From an uncultured bacterium (GTDB lineage Bacteria > JAJVIF01 > JAPKYR01): 64,000 nucleotides of DNA. The stretch is taken from contig CBDURU010000003.1 of assembly GCA_965369865.1 (NCBI GenBank), forward strand, positions 1 through 64,000. Reading direction: 5' to 3'. Below are positions 63,501-64,000 of the stretch, one piece after another; position 1 is the first letter of the stretch; each line of letters starts with the position of its first letter. The position numbers were made by a program, and so were the translations under genes. The notes beneath the pieces are model-generated. The model did not search any database, had not been told where the DNA came from, and saw nothing but the letters and a program-made list of their open reading frames with translations.

Positions 63501-63990
63501 CAGTCGGGTTCCACCACCGGGTATAACCATCAGCATTCAACACCTGGGTTTCATTGGTATCCGAGAACATCGTTGCTCCGACCGCGAGTGACCCAGGGAC
63601 CATTACGATGCCTTTAACATCGAATATGCTGAACTGGATCTCAGTTGTGAATGGATGTGTGAGTGTAAAGTCCACAACAAACAATCCGTTTGGGGGGTCC
63701 GACGCACCCTGGTCGAGTACGACTTCCAGGTTCATGGTGTCCAAAAAGATTTTTGTAAGGTTCAGATGCAGCTCACCGATCCGAAGCGGGATTGCTTCGA
63801 TTGACATATCCAATGGATTGATCTCGATATCATAGGCGCCAAGATTGATGCGATTACCAGTGCTTGATTGATCTTTTAAAGACCCTGCAGGATCCCCGGT
63901 TGAAGGACTTGCAGGATTGCCCTGGCAGCCAAGTGAAACTATTAGCAAAAGAATTACTACCAGTGAGAAAAATGTTCGTTGCTGATACAT
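60556..63990 (-). CDS. Large lipoprotein, paralog (same architecture)
   Basis: Lipobox SLGC; GGAGGA RBS at the window edge; ends DLY. Confidence 0.85.
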   Translation of the reverse strand: MYQQRTFFSLVVILLLIVSLGCQGNPASPSTGDPAGSLKDQSSTGNRINLGAYDIEINPLDMSIEAIPLRIGELHLNLTKIFLDTMNLEVVLDQGASDPPNGLFVVDFTLTHPFTTEIQFSIFDVKGIVMVPGSLAVGATMFSDTNETQVLNADGYTRWWNPTEFTKAGIFGYTDGLFTNAESGQLTATVNPYKYFADILGPEDPMNLVYLEHLASSQGRGIFTPGSFVTRRYEVLFQMTPTPNFKFAFVIDGSWDLPVPNPPDDVPSDFPIEANQPEAYHVALAEKINTLYYDIETATGGGILKLQINVHDWQGQMAGNFENQIDAVRIFSPDLMGTGVTATFLDQNDFKARFTSDLYSLAVPTHAGQAQVVARVGSKGGPSYQQGTAPAPSADISAYQVITVDITDPECVGDANNSHLEAELVSFQDTVIGTLCSSVDSSDFYMFQILPGTHIDGWVYLYSDVPTSKLILWDQDLNLLDGDTPNNGVVKLELVGWKPDPGWYYLEVTESSQPNPFLYQLNLDLETVNITPINPVDITPNNLDLDASWLTTHGDTAILTGPRGSWAYDTSDLYNPVFLSRIYDQVGATPAEYDGRVYYWGGWTENPAILNMVDYSNPSSPVLHENILSLPGQIEFITIDSEYMFIAFDDGVGSWIYIYDYTDPLDLQEINHFNCQHNVLKLGIYDTDGPVTALIVMTSQDMRAYNVENPVLPVLKATHPAALGTYNLDIAIVGNEILKTHIDGVPDGYISSYTYLDLLGFSPKDVLPIPGYGYNIDAKVNTAYIADNIGITVVDFSNLSALAINSTVPTVSESCSILIDQDKLLNIPEHAGFSIYDASDTILLTETARVLCLNIPVDGRIRWDTGYFIESGGSYNAIKILDLTDPANPTIEGEVLLDDSPMCMALYLGAHNILAVGTLDQKFSLYECTDLYNPVLAYSETFPSYVQSVAVTYWAAYATLSNGTIKVYDLATFPGVIPVPDPSWTSELHGLTLSTDLDYLYAYALDDVKIVDITSNLIPVYVGDFTSTATVRDIAIQNDYLYVCNTDYFETVELDGSGQPVAIWYTGLPYAPNMQFMAVEHQFAYVSDMGHNPVIVNLWPPETPAVYSEPFGPNNYGFILNLLVEDGILYVMHLGSGLRIYDLY

Positions 63991-64000
63991 GTATTCCTCC

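Noticed and set aside
2796..63835. Numerous 60-220 aa ORFs antisense or out of frame within long genes
   Set aside because: Shadow ORFs of well-supported genes, with no motifs.

Overview
Chromosomal window from a bacterium I cannot place taxonomically; it is probably diderm, given an LptD-like protein and many lipoproteins. Housekeeping genes (purH, rmuC, leuS, tkt, phoH, cyclophilin, ClC channel, MarR regulator, LysM-NlpC/P60 hydrolase) are mixed with a large cell-envelope complement: five GT-C-fold membrane glycosyltransferases, a Thr-type sulfatase-like lipoprotein and large beta-propeller lipoproteins. There is also a minus-strand signalling cluster. Four observations stand out. (1) An AT-rich islet at the left end has its own sigma70 promoter and two tandem HEPN-superfamily genes. 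It is followed by a second near-consensus promoter driving an unannotated, highly structured ~300-nt RNA candidate closed by a 17-bp stem. (2) Four lipoproteins share an unrecognised ~330-aa N-terminal domain fused to different C-terminal modules (PPC-like + LVIVD propellers, or an FGE/SUMF1 domain). (3) A dispersed hairpin repeat brackets whole genes, including 65-bp near-identical direct repeats around the FGE-domain lipoprotein. (4) A Leu-rich micro-ORF with hairpins lies in the leuS leader. I found no rRNA, tRNA, CRISPR array, transposase, integrase or reverse transcriptase. All family assignments come from motif recognition by eye, not database searches.
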